DNA of 64,000 nucleotides from Candidatus Anstonellales archaeon (GTDB lineage: Archaea > Micrarchaeota > Micrarchaeia > Anstonellales > J096): assembly GCA_038896535.1 (NCBI GenBank), contig JAWACY010000001.1, positions 320,001-384,000 of the forward strand, in the 5' to 3' direction. The position numbers and the translations under genes are program-made. Under the pieces are notes generated by a model that ran no database searches, was not told the origin of the DNA, and was given only the letters and a program-made list of their open reading frames with translations. Of this stretch, positions 37,951-47,544 are shown piece after piece (position 1 is the stretch's first letter; every line of letters starts with the position of its first letter).

Positions 37951-38826
37951 ATGGCAGAAAAAAGAGAAGATGATAGTAGGAGAATATACAGGTTTTCAAG
38001 AGCATTAAGAAAGTATAGATGGCTTTTGCCAATATTCACTATTTCAACAACATTGGCCGCAACAACATTTCTAGTCAGTGGTTGCATTGTTGCTGGCATT
38101 TCATTATATAGCTTATCAGCAGTAGCAAGGGGCATATCATCTTATGTATCAACAAATGCATTATTAACAGCAACTCAAAGGCTTTATGCAACAAAGTTAA
38201 AGAGAAATAAAGAAAAAAGGATAGCAGCATGCCTTATATTTGATCATGAAAAAGCATTGAATAAGGCATTAGATGCATTAAATGAAGGCATAGGAGATAA
38301 TACAGTGGAAAATATGGTTGAATATGCAGAAAATTACAGAAAATCAAAGTTTGCAAAACACATATTCTCAGCTCTTGTCGGCATTTCATTGGCATATGCT
38401 GGTTTAGCAAAAGCAACATGCTATGTTGATTCATTATCAAGCAAAATAGCAAGCATATCAACATTAAAAGAACAGCCAATAACAGCAATAAAAGAGGGGG
38501 CAAATGCAATAACAGATGATAGCATTTTTATAGCAAAGAAAGGAGAGGGCATATGGCATATATCAAGAAGAGCATTAGAATACCATTACGGAGAAGCATT
38601 TAAAGCATTGACTGAAAAAGAGAAAATAATGCTGATTGATAGGCTTAAAGATAAAATAATAGAAAACAAAGCACTATTTGGCTTGGAAGGGCATGAAGTA
38701 ATAAATAGGAGTATAGAAAAAGGTGGGCCTTGGTTAAAGTTGGGTGCAAAAATAGATAATTTAACAGATAAAGAGCTAATAAATAAGGCAATTGGAAAAT
38801 ATGCGCATCTATTAGCAAGGAGATAA
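37951..38826 (+). CDS. Membrane-associated hypothetical protein (probably the 3' part of a split gene)
   Basis: Hydrophobic segments; C-terminal AKKGEGIWHISRR is LysM-like; the frame is open back to 37915. Confidence 0.55.
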   Translation: MAEKREDDSRRIYRFSRALRKYRWLLPIFTISTTLAATTFLVSGCIVAGISLYSLSAVARGISSYVSTNALLTATQRLYATKLKRNKEKRIAACLIFDHEKALNKALDALNEGIGDNTVENMVEYAENYRKSKFAKHIFSALVGISLAYAGLAKATCYVDSLSSKIASISTLKEQPITAIKEGANAITDDSIFIAKKGEGIWHISRRALEYHYGEAFKALTEKEKIMLIDRLKDKIIENKALFGLEGHEVINRSIEKGGPWLKLGAKIDNLTDKELINKAIGKYAHLLARR

Positions 38827-38874
38827 AAGGCTAAAAATAGGCAAAGTATTAAATAATTAATGTTATTATTTTTT

Positions 38875-39705
38875 ATGCTCTTATTTGGAACAGCAGGCAT
38901 TCCTTTATCTAGCGAAGGAAATGATACTGTAGCAGGGATAAAAAGGGTAAAGGAGCTTGGCTTGGGTGCAATGGAGCTGGAATTTGTAAGGAGCGTTTAT
39001 GTAAAAAGTAATGAAGAAGCAGAGAGAATAAAACAGGAAGCAAAAAAGCAAAGCATAAGATTAAGCGTTCATGCTCCATACTTCATAAATCTCAATGCTT
39101 CAGAAAAAGCTAAATTAGAAGCAAGTAAAAAACGCATTTTAGATAGTGCAAAAGCAGCCTATTTATGCGGGGCAAATGATATAGCAATTCATTCTGGTTT
39201 TTATTTAGGGAATGAAAAATCAGCTGTTTATGAAAAAATAAAGCAGGCTTATAAAGATATAAGGAAGAAAATGAGAGAAATGGGCATAGATAGCATAATA
39301 CTCAGGCCAGAAATGATGGGCAAACCAACCCAATTTGCTGATATTGATACAATAATAAGGTTATGTAATGATGTTGAAGGATTATTGCCATGTATTGATT
39401 ACGCCCATTATCAAGCGCTTTATGGAGAAAAAGTAAATAACTATGATGGCTTTTGTGCATTACTTGATAAAATTAAGGATGGCCTTGGAAAGCAGGCATT
39501 AAAAAATATGCATATCCAGTTTTCCGCTGTTGAATATACAGATAAAGGAGAGAGAAACCACACTACATTTGATGAAGGAACGCTTAGATGGAAAGATATG
39601 GTAAAGACATGGAAGCATTATAAAATAGAAGGAATAGCAATAAGTGAAAGTCCAAATATAGAGGGAGATGCAATAAAAGCGATGTCAGAATATAAAAAGG
39701 CATGA
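38875..39705 (+). CDS. nfo: Endonuclease IV (AP endonuclease family 2)
   Basis: FGTAGIP, SVHAPYFINLN, HSGFY, PEMMGK..QF, CIDYAH, GERNH and ISESP motifs. Confidence 0.92.
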   Translation: MLLFGTAGIPLSSEGNDTVAGIKRVKELGLGAMELEFVRSVYVKSNEEAERIKQEAKKQSIRLSVHAPYFINLNASEKAKLEASKKRILDSAKAAYLCGANDIAIHSGFYLGNEKSAVYEKIKQAYKDIRKKMREMGIDSIILRPEMMGKPTQFADIDTIIRLCNDVEGLLPCIDYAHYQALYGEKVNNYDGFCALLDKIKDGLGKQALKNMHIQFSAVEYTDKGERNHTTFDEGTLRWKDMVKTWKHYKIEGIAISESPNIEGDAIKAMSEYKKA

Positions 39706-39832
39706 AAATGTCAAAAACAGAATATAAATAGAAAATTTGCCTGCACTTGCTATTGCTTTTTATTCCTGCTTTATAACCACAAAATAACCACAAAATATTT
39801 AAATACTTTAAAACAATATTTAGCGTGGGAGG

Positions 39833-40633
39833 ATGGAGAGGCGAATAGTGGTTGTAAAACCCCATGAAAATGAAAAAGAAGCTATAAGGCCATTTGAACT
39901 GCCCCTTTTAAAAGAGCTTAGAAAAGCTGGTTTTGATTGTATTAGAGCGAGAACAAGAAGCAGGTTTAAATTCTATACAAAAGCAAAGCAAGCTGTCGAG
40001 CAAAGATTTGCTAAAGAGAACAGGTTTTATTTAAACAGAATCCTTGAGTTTGTTTTTTCTTCTTTGGATTTTATGTCAAGGATGAGAAGAGCTTTGAAAT
40101 TGAAAGAACATTATGGAATTTTAGAACTGCATTCATACAGGGCCAAAAGAGAAGATAATATAATGATATTTGGTAAGGAAGATTTAACAAATGCCATTGA
40201 AGATGCCATAACATCTTTTACAGAGATGGCACAAGCTATGTGCTCAGGAAAAGGCATTAAGGTCAAAAACCTTTTTGGCATATCAGGGCTGGAATTTGAG
40301 GAAACAGAAAGAGTTGAAAGTGAATTCATTTCAAATGTTTGCTCAGTTGCTTGTGGAAAGAACATAGAAGCGCTGTTAAAAGAACTTAGAACTTTACTAG
40401 ATAGGTTTAAACTAGATAATCATAGCTTTAATATGATTGAATTTCCTGGAGTAATTGATGTAAAAGAGAGCTTGAAGAATGAGGGCATTGTATTTAATGG
40501 CTTTTCATCAAGGTTTGAGTATCTATATTTATGGTTAAAGTTAAAACAGATAGACGCAGAAAATTATGATATTGAAGAAGCTGCAAGGTTGGTTGCTTCT
40601 TTATATAAAAATAGACATTATTATGTTTCATAG
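39833..40633 (+). CDS. Hypothetical protein
   Basis: 266-aa ORF with a GGGAGG RBS; no recognised motif. Confidence 0.6.
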   Translation: MERRIVVVKPHENEKEAIRPFELPLLKELRKAGFDCIRARTRSRFKFYTKAKQAVEQRFAKENRFYLNRILEFVFSSLDFMSRMRRALKLKEHYGILELHSYRAKREDNIMIFGKEDLTNAIEDAITSFTEMAQAMCSGKGIKVKNLFGISGLEFEETERVESEFISNVCSVACGKNIEALLKELRTLLDRFKLDNHSFNMIEFPGVIDVKESLKNEGIVFNGFSSRFEYLYLWLKLKQIDAENYDIEEAARLVASLYKNRHYYVS

Positions 40634-40687
40634 CTATTTCTTTAAAAAAAGCAAAGGTTTTTAAATACATAAAATATCTTTTTAATT

Positions 40688-41656
40688 ATGGCCCGTTGCT
40701 GTAATTCAGTAAGTGTTTTGTCTTTGAATATTAACACAGGTCATGGGCCATTCAAATCTTTTCATGAGAGATTAGAAAGAAAAGAGCTGGAAGAGAATTT
40801 AGATAAAATAGCATCTTTTTTGAGAAAGGCAAAACCAGAAGTTGTTTGCTTGCAGGAAGTTGATCTATGCTGGGATGGAACGCATTGCATAAATCAAGCA
40901 TCTTATATAGCAGAAAAAGCTGGCTATAATTATTATGTCTACCATATTTTTCATAAGAAAATTGGCGTTCCATCATTTATAAATAGCCCAACAATAAGTT
41001 CTATATTTAATAGAGACACTGGAATGGCCATATTAAGCATTTATCCTATTACTGCTCATGGCTATTACAAGTTTGGTTCAAGTAAAAACAAGGCAGTTGA
41101 TTGGTTGAAAAATATTATGAATGAAGCAAAAGGTTATATGTGGGCGGATATTGATAAGCAAGGGGTAATTTATACAGTTATAAATCTGCATTTAATAAAT
41201 GATATAGTTGGCACTGTTATTGGCTTTTTAACTGGCAAATTCATATATAAAGGCGGGAAAATAAGGGAGAAGCAATTGACAACATTGTTAAGGCATTTAG
41301 ATGAATTCTTTGGCAAGAAAAATGTAATTATAGCTGGCGATTTTAATTCTGTTCCTGAATCTTTGCAAGGTTGTTTTAGCAATAATATACATGGCTTAGA
41401 GGAAGATGATTATAGAGGGGACAGCACGTTAGAAATATTAAAATCCTATGCTGAAAGGACAAAAAGATTTTTGCTTTTGCCATTTATTTCATGCAGGAAG
41501 ATTGATGAAGCAAGAGATTATTTTACTTATCCAGCAATTAAGCCACAAAGGCCAATAGATTATATATTCCCCCCTTATGCAAAATCTTATTGTGTATTAA
41601 AAGAGCTATTGTCTGATCACTTACCAGTATTTAGCGAGGCAGAGGTTTTGTCATGA
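40688..41656 (+). CDS. Endonuclease/exonuclease/phosphatase (EEP) family protein
   Basis: SLNI, CLQEVD, NLHL, AGDFNS, IDYIF and SDHLPV catalytic motifs. Confidence 0.93.
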   Translation: MARCCNSVSVLSLNINTGHGPFKSFHERLERKELEENLDKIASFLRKAKPEVVCLQEVDLCWDGTHCINQASYIAEKAGYNYYVYHIFHKKIGVPSFINSPTISSIFNRDTGMAILSIYPITAHGYYKFGSSKNKAVDWLKNIMNEAKGYMWADIDKQGVIYTVINLHLINDIVGTVIGFLTGKFIYKGGKIREKQLTTLLRHLDEFFGKKNVIIAGDFNSVPESLQGCFSNNIHGLEEDDYRGDSTLEILKSYAERTKRFLLLPFISCRKIDEARDYFTYPAIKPQRPIDYIFPPYAKSYCVLKELLSDHLPVFSEAEVLS

Positions 41657-41970
41657 AAAATGAAATAGATTTTTGGAAAATAAGATTGCCAGCCATAATT
41701 GGAAGAGTTCAAAAATCAAAGGAGAAGACAAGGCAGAAATGGATAAGCAATACTTCAAGACACGTTGAAAGACTTTTGAAAGCAGAGACAACAATAAGTG
41801 CTAGATTAGATGATATAACAGATGAAAGGGAGAAAGAGAGGTTAAGAAAAGAATCAGAAATATTAAGGCAAAAAATAAATCGTATAATAACGCATTTTCG
41901 TCAAATATGGCGTTTTTGGGAATGCTTGGAGGCCTTCAATGAAGAAAATGGCAAGAATTGGTTTAACTAA
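41653..41970 (+). CDS. Hypothetical coiled-coil protein
   Basis: ATGA overlap with the EEP gene. Confidence 0.55.
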   Translation: MKNEIDFWKIRLPAIIGRVQKSKEKTRQKWISNTSRHVERLLKAETTISARLDDITDEREKERLRKESEILRQKINRIITHFRQIWRFWECLEAFNEENGKNWFN

Positions 41971-42250
41971 GCATAGCAAAGAAAAGCAAGAAAAAATCAA
42001 TAAACTTAAAGGCATAACAAAGACAAGTAAGGGAAAAATAGAGCAGCGCCTTTATTTATCAGAAGGAGATTTTATTATTTATGGTTACAGGGATTTAGAT
42101 GGAAAAATGATAGAGGGAAAATACAGCATAATATTGAAGCACAAAAATAATAAGATAGAGCAAATAATGATAGTTAAAACAAAAAATGGCAGAGAATTAA
42201 TAGTAAAGCATGAGAATATTGATAAAATTCCTGATATTGCATATGACTAA
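41939..42250 (+). CDS. Hypothetical basic protein
   Basis: 103-aa ORF; GGAGG upstream. Confidence 0.55.
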   Translation: MKKMARIGLTKHSKEKQEKINKLKGITKTSKGKIEQRLYLSEGDFIIYGYRDLDGKMIEGKYSIILKHKNNKIEQIMIVKTKNGRELIVKHENIDKIPDIAYD

Positions 42251-42288
42251 TATTATAAAAGATTTTTCTTAATAATCTAATTTATTTA

Positions 42289-42374
42289 GCAGGGGTCGCC
42301 AAGTCTGGTCAAAGGCGCAGGGCTTAGGACCCTGTCCCTTAGTGGGTTCGTGGGTTCAAATCCCACCCCCTGCA
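42289..42374 (+). tRNA. tRNA-Leu(TAG)
   Basis: Acceptor GCAGGGG/CCCCTGC+A; anticodon arm CAGGG-CTTAGGA-CCCTG; long variable arm; GTGGG-TTCAAAT-CCCAC T arm. Confidence 0.97.
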
Positions 42375-42376
42375 TA

Positions 42377-42535
42377 GTAAGAAGGCAATGCCCTTATATA
42401 TGCGCCTTCTTACAAACATCCCACCGCTATTATACGCTTGTTGAAGAAGGCAATGCCCTTATAAACATGCCTTCTTACAATCTTCCAACCCTTATTATAA
42501 ACTTGTTGGGGAAGGCACTAAATTATTATTGGCTT
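42377..42535. repeat. Second cluster of GTAAGAAGGC palindromic units (two intact, one degenerate), inverted relative to 92-265
   Basis: Stems 42377-42386/42404-42413 and 42444-42452/42468-42476; period about 66 bp; 42377-42433 is nearly the reverse complement of 95-151. Confidence 0.9.
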
Positions 42536-42699
42536 GTGGAAGGTGGCGAGTTGGCTAAGAAATCCATTCTTATAATATCTGACATTTTTATCTTCTCCTT
42601 ATATAATAAAGTCTGAGTTGGAAGGTAAAAGAATATGGAAGTTGGTTGTGGTAAGTCGGTTGATTAAATTATTGGCAGTTGATAAAGATTAAAGAAAGC

Positions 42700-43689
42700 T
42701 TATAAAACATCTATACTTGTTATGTTTTCATCTTTTTTTCCGCCTGTGCCTAATATTGATGGAGATTTAACCCCAACAATAACTGCAGTTACATAAATTT
42801 TGTCTTTCATATTATCATTTATTCTTGCCCCAAGTTTTACATTTGCATCTTCTCTTAATGATTCTGTTATGCCCTCCCCTATTTTAACAGCCTCGCCAAG
42901 CGTTAAATCCTCTCCTCCTTCTATGTGTATAAGGGCCCCATGTGCATCTTCATAATCAACTTCAAGCAATGGATGGTAGAGTGTATTTTTTACTGCATCC
43001 TCTACCCTGTTTGGCCCTTCTCCTTCTCCTAATGAAATCATTGCAAGTCCTCCTTTTCCTTGCACAATAGCCCTTAAATCAGCATAATCCATAGGAATTA
43101 ATGATGGTAAAACAATGCTGTCAGATATGCCTTTTACTGCCCGATTCATAACATTGTCAGCAAGTTCAAAAGCTTTATCAACTGGTAAATTTGGAGCATA
43201 TGAAAGGAGCTTATTATTGTCTATTACTATAAGTGTATCACATACTTTTGACATCCTTTCTATGCCTTTTAAAGCATTTGCAATCCTTGACCTCTCAAGT
43301 TTGAATGGATATGTAACAACACCTATTGTTATTGCCCCAATGTCCTTTGCTGCTTGTGCAACAATAGGGGCCGCGCCAGTGCCAGTTCCTCCTCCCATGC
43401 CAGCAGAAATAAAAACTAGCTCGTTCTCAGATAGGGTATTTTTTATTTCTTCATAACTTGTTTGAGCGCATTTCTCTGCAATTTCAGGATTTCCGCCAGC
43501 CCCAAGGCCCCTAGTAAATTCTTTCCCTATAAGTAATTTTTTGTGTGCATGTGTAACTTTTGTTAAATGCAATGCGTCTGTATTTAAAGCAATTGTTACT
43601 GCACTTTTTATGCCTGATTTATAAAGCCTTGTTATTGCATTGCATCCAGCTCCACCAACCCCAACAGCAGCAATTTTTACTTCTCGCAT
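42700..43689 (-). CDS. ftsZ: Cell division protein FtsZ (compact, FtsZ2-like)
   Basis: GVGGAGCNA, GLGAGGNPE, AGMGGGTGTGAAP and IDNNKL motifs; T7 loop PSLIPMDYADL. Confidence 0.96.
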   Translation of the reverse strand: MREVKIAAVGVGGAGCNAITRLYKSGIKSAVTIALNTDALHLTKVTHAHKKLLIGKEFTRGLGAGGNPEIAEKCAQTSYEEIKNTLSENELVFISAGMGGGTGTGAAPIVAQAAKDIGAITIGVVTYPFKLERSRIANALKGIERMSKVCDTLIVIDNNKLLSYAPNLPVDKAFELADNVMNRAVKGISDSIVLPSLIPMDYADLRAIVQGKGGLAMISLGEGEGPNRVEDAVKNTLYHPLLEVDYEDAHGALIHIEGGEDLTLGEAVKIGEGITESLREDANVKLGARINDNMKDKIYVTAVIVGVKSPSILGTGGKKDENITSIDVL

Positions 43690-43709
43690 GATATATATTA
43701 TAGTAATAA

Positions 43710-43718
43710 TTTAATAAA
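43710..43718. promoter_or_regulatory. Candidate shared TATA box for divergent ftsZ/valS
   Basis: TTTAATAAA about 20 nt from ATG 43689 (-) and ATG 43738 (+). Confidence 0.5.
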
Positions 43719-43737
43719 TTTATGCCTTATTATTTTC

Positions 43738-46146
43738 ATGGCTATTGAAACGCAAGAAAATGAAAGAAATGGAGATAAATCAATGGGCAATTATAATAGA
43801 GAAATAGAATTAAAATGGCTTGAAGTTTGGGAAAAAGAACAAATATATAAATTTGAAGAAAATAACGATAATGTTTATGTAATAGATTCCCCACCACCAT
43901 TTACTTCTGGCAAATTGCACATGGGCCATATGCTATCATTTACAATGTTTGACATAGCTGCAAGATATAAAAGGATGAAAGGATATAATGTTTTATATGC
44001 TCAAGGCTGGGATACACAAGGTTTTCCTACAGAAGTTAAAGTCGAGGCCAAGTATGGAAAACTTCCAAGGGAGGAATTTATTAAAAGATGTATTGAATGG
44101 ACAGATGAGCACATTGCTTATATGAGATGGCAAGCAAAGAGGTTTGGCTTTTCTGCTGATTGGGATAGGGAATATATAACATATAAACCAGATTACCATA
44201 AAAAAATACAGCTTTCATTGATAATGATGTATAAGAACGGCCTTATATATAGAGAGGAGCATCCTGTATTTTTTTGCACTAATTGCGTATCTGCCATTGC
44301 AAAAGCAGAAACTGAAGATAAGGAGAGGGAGGCAAAGATTTATGATGTTGTGTTTGAACTTGATGGGAAGCCATTTATAATAGCAACAACAAGGCCAGAG
44401 CTTATTCATGCTGTTGTTGCAATAGCAGTTAATCCAAATGACGAGAGATATAGAAATCTTGAAGGAAAATATGTTATAACACCAATAGGAAAAAAAGTGC
44501 CTTTAATATATGATAATGATGTTGATATGGATTTTGGCACTGGGGCTGTTATGATAGCAACATTTGGCGATAAGCAGGATGTTATATGGTTTTATAGGCA
44601 TAAATTGAATTATATAAAAGCGATGGATGAAAACGGCTTTATAATAAATTCAGGCGTAATAGATGGCATACACATATCTGAGGCAAAAAAAAGCATGGTG
44701 GAGTGGCTCAAACAAAAAAATCTCATTGTTGGAGAAAGGGCATTAAAACAGGTTGTAAAATTGCATGATAGATGCAAGCAGCCAGTCGAGATATTAATGT
44801 CAAAACAATGGTTTGCTAAATTAATGGATCATAAAAAAGGAATAGAGAAAGTAGCAAGAGAAATAAAATGGTATCCTGATTTTGGCATATATTATTTACT
44901 TGATTGGCTTAATACACTTGAATGGGATTGGGTAATAAGCAGACAGAGATATTGGGGCACGCCTTTGCCATTCTATTATTGTGAATCATGCAATGAAACG
45001 CAAGCAGCAGAGGAGCATGAGTTGCCATTTTATCCAGAAAAAGCAAGCAATAAAACATGTAAAAAATGCAAAGGCAAAATGATTCCAGAGCAAGCAACAG
45101 CAGATGTTTGGATAGACTCAAGCATAACGCCTTTGATAATAGCAGGTTGGCCTGAAAAAGGATGGGAAAAGCTTTATCCAAGTGATTTAAGGCCGCAGGG
45201 CATTGAAATAGTTAGGACATGGGCATTTTACACGGTTTATAGATGCTATATGCTGACTGGAAAGAGGCCTTTTAAAGCAATATTGTTGAATGGCAATGTC
45301 TTAGGCCCTGATGGAAGGAAGATGAGCAAAAGCCTTGGCAATGTCATAGACCCAATGCAACTTGTTGATCAATACAGCGCAGATGCAGCAAGGCTTTGGG
45401 TGGCATTAAGCGGGAATTTAGAAAAGGACAAGCCATTCAATTACCAGCAAATAAAAAGAGCACATTCTCTTGTTGTGAAATTATGGAATGCAGCAAGATT
45501 TATATTAATGCATGCTGATGCTGAAAATATAAAACATATAATGGAAAAAAACATGAAGCTCGAGCCAATTGATATGGCAATAATTGAAAAACTAAAAATG
45601 ACGAGCCAAAAAATAAACAATAGCATGGAGTCATTTGATTATTACAATGCAATAACAGCATTGACTGATTTCTTCTGGCTGGATTTTTGCGATACTTATA
45701 TAGAGATAGTGAAAAAAAGGCTGAAGGAAAATAAGAATAAAGAAGAAGCTTTATACACATTGTCTTATGTTTTTCAAAATATAATAAAATTATACGCCCC
45801 ATTTGCACCTTTTATTACTGAAGAGCTTTATAGAAATGCATTTGCCAATGAAGGCAGTATACACAAAAAGCACTACCCATATTTTGATTCATATAATTAT
45901 GCATATGTGCATTATTTCGATATGATGAAGAAGGCTTTATCAATGATAAGGAAAAAAACAAAAGAGATACAAGATAAAGGTAAAATAAATTTAGAAATTC
46001 ATAAAAACAGAGAAAAAAATGAAATTTTGATAATACTAAATGGAGAAGAAGAGCATATAAGTGTTGATAATGAAATATTAAATGAAATAGAAAAAAATGG
46101 ATTAATAGAAAAAGCAAAGCACGAATTAAATTATCTAATAAAATAA
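43738..46146 (+). CDS. valS: Valine--tRNA ligase
   Basis: IDSPPPFTSGKLHMGH, ATTRPEL, WDWVISRQRYWG and KMSKSLGN motifs. Confidence 0.95.
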   Translation: MAIETQENERNGDKSMGNYNREIELKWLEVWEKEQIYKFEENNDNVYVIDSPPPFTSGKLHMGHMLSFTMFDIAARYKRMKGYNVLYAQGWDTQGFPTEVKVEAKYGKLPREEFIKRCIEWTDEHIAYMRWQAKRFGFSADWDREYITYKPDYHKKIQLSLIMMYKNGLIYREEHPVFFCTNCVSAIAKAETEDKEREAKIYDVVFELDGKPFIIATTRPELIHAVVAIAVNPNDERYRNLEGKYVITPIGKKVPLIYDNDVDMDFGTGAVMIATFGDKQDVIWFYRHKLNYIKAMDENGFIINSGVIDGIHISEAKKSMVEWLKQKNLIVGERALKQVVKLHDRCKQPVEILMSKQWFAKLMDHKKGIEKVAREIKWYPDFGIYYLLDWLNTLEWDWVISRQRYWGTPLPFYYCESCNETQAAEEHELPFYPEKASNKTCKKCKGKMIPEQATADVWIDSSITPLIIAGWPEKGWEKLYPSDLRPQGIEIVRTWAFYTVYRCYMLTGKRPFKAILLNGNVLGPDGRKMSKSLGNVIDPMQLVDQYSADAARLWVALSGNLEKDKPFNYQQIKRAHSLVVKLWNAARFILMHADAENIKHIMEKNMKLEPIDMAIIEKLKMTSQKINNSMESFDYYNAITALTDFFWLDFCDTYIEIVKKRLKENKNKEEALYTLSYVFQNIIKLYAPFAPFITEELYRNAFANEGSIHKKHYPYFDSYNYAYVHYFDMMKKALSMIRKKTKEIQDKGKINLEIHKNREKNEILIILNGEEEHISVDNEILNEIEKNGLIEKAKHELNYLIK

Positions 46147-46172
46147 AAATCTACTAAAATAAAAATGTAAAA

Positions 46173-46607
46173 TTACCTGCTAAAATAGAATTCTACCAAT
46201 GTAACATTTTCAGTATCATTTGTAATAAAAAGCCTCTCTATTTTTGCTTGTCTTATGCCAATAATGCATTCTCCACTATCTGTTTTCCCATAAGATTGCT
46301 TGCCTATCTTTACGCATAAATTACCAGTAATGCTGAAATCATTAATGTAGCTTTCTACACTTTTTTTTATGTCTCTATCATTTTTTAGTATTGGAGTGTT
46401 GTTCACCAATATGCTGTAATTTTCATTTTCACTCGTTAATACAAGCATGTGTTTTATTGCTTCCCTTCTTATGCTTTCTATATTTGATGGGTCTTGTTCA
46501 ATTGAATACTGCCAGTAAAGTAAAAGAGCACCAAAAGCAAGTATTGCTATAACGCCAGCAATAAGGACATCAAAAGAAAAATACTGGCCCTTTTTCATAT
46601 TTTTCAT
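46173..46607 (-). CDS. Type IV pilin-like protein (class III signal peptide)
   Basis: KKG|QYFSFD followed by a hydrophobic helix. Confidence 0.8.
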   Translation of the reverse strand: MKNMKKGQYFSFDVLIAGVIAILAFGALLLYWQYSIEQDPSNIESIRREAIKHMLVLTSENENYSILVNNTPILKNDRDIKKSVESYINDFSITGNLCVKIGKQSYGKTDSGECIIGIRQAKIERLFITNDTENVTLVEFYFSR

Positions 46608-46611
46608 GTTA

Positions 46612-47100
46612 TCATTCCCTTAATTCAATCTCATTCATTTTAGTTGTTAAATTATAAAAAACAGAAACATTGAATGATGTTGCATTAATAATGAATACAT
46701 TAGTATTTCTACACACATTAATATCACATATGCTACATACATTGCTTTCGCATCTTACAGGAAATTTCAATTCATTTGCTGTACTTATGTTGTAATCCTC
46801 TATTTCTAATATCAGTGTTGCATTTTTATCTTTATTTATTAAATATAATTTGTATTCTTTTGTCCCTATCCTTTTTGGCAATGTTATCGAATAAGTAAAG
46901 CCATCCCCGACAGAATAAGCAGAATTTAATACAAGCACAAACCTCTGCATTATCTCACTTGCTGCATTGTAATAAGAGCTTTTTATTTGTGCATTTCCAT
47001 ATGTATAAATAAGGTTATAGATAAAGAAAAATGCAATCAGGAAAATGCCCGAGAAAACGAGCATTTCAATAGCTATCTGCCCCTTCATTTGTTCCACCAA
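46612..47100 (-). CDS. Type IV pilin-like protein (class III signal peptide)
   Basis: KG|QIAIE followed by a hydrophobic helix; later GDGFTYSITLP. Confidence 0.85.
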   Translation of the reverse strand: MVEQMKGQIAIEMLVFSGIFLIAFFFIYNLIYTYGNAQIKSSYYNAASEIMQRFVLVLNSAYSVGDGFTYSITLPKRIGTKEYKLYLINKDKNATLILEIEDYNISTANELKFPVRCESNVCSICDINVCRNTNVFIINATSFNVSVFYNLTTKMNEIELRE

Positions 47101-47103
47101 TAA

Positions 47104-47544
47104 TCAACCACCTATAGTTATATTTACATTACCATTATTAATAGAGCATGTAACATTTATATTAATAAACCCACTTTTTCTTTCTATAGTCCCGCCAACA
47201 ATTTCTGCCTGTACATTTAACTTTCTTATATAGCTATTTGTTCCGCTAAGTTTAATATATAAATTTTTATTTTGATCGTTGAATATTGTAAAGTTAACTT
47301 CTCTTGGAAAAAAAACCTGCACTATTTTATTTGATGGGCATGATGAGAAAGCCTCTTCTATACCAGTTTTTATCTTAAATAAAGCCAGGTTTTCTTGCTC
47401 ATTCATTATCTGCTCTTGTTTAATCCTATCTTGTGATAAGAGTAAGAGTGTTAAAGGTATGAATATAACAAGAAAAAGTACTAAAACAGTCAAGAATTCT
47501 ACGCTGAACTGGGCTTTTTTTATTTTAGCAACCATTTTTAGCAT
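47104..47544 (-). CDS. Type IV pilin-like protein (class III signal peptide)
   Basis: KKA|QFSVE followed by a hydrophobic helix. Confidence 0.85.
   Translation of the reverse strand: MLKMVAKIKKAQFSVEFLTVLVLFLVIFIPLTLLLLSQDRIKQEQIMNEQENLALFKIKTGIEEAFSSCPSNKIVQVFFPREVNFTIFNDQNKNLYIKLSGTNSYIRKLNVQAEIVGGTIERKSGFININVTCSINNGNVNITIGG

Noticed and set aside
39833..42374. Integrated element at tRNA-Leu
   Set aside because: The orphan genes lie 5' of the tRNA; no duplicated tRNA 3' end (att) or integrase was seen.
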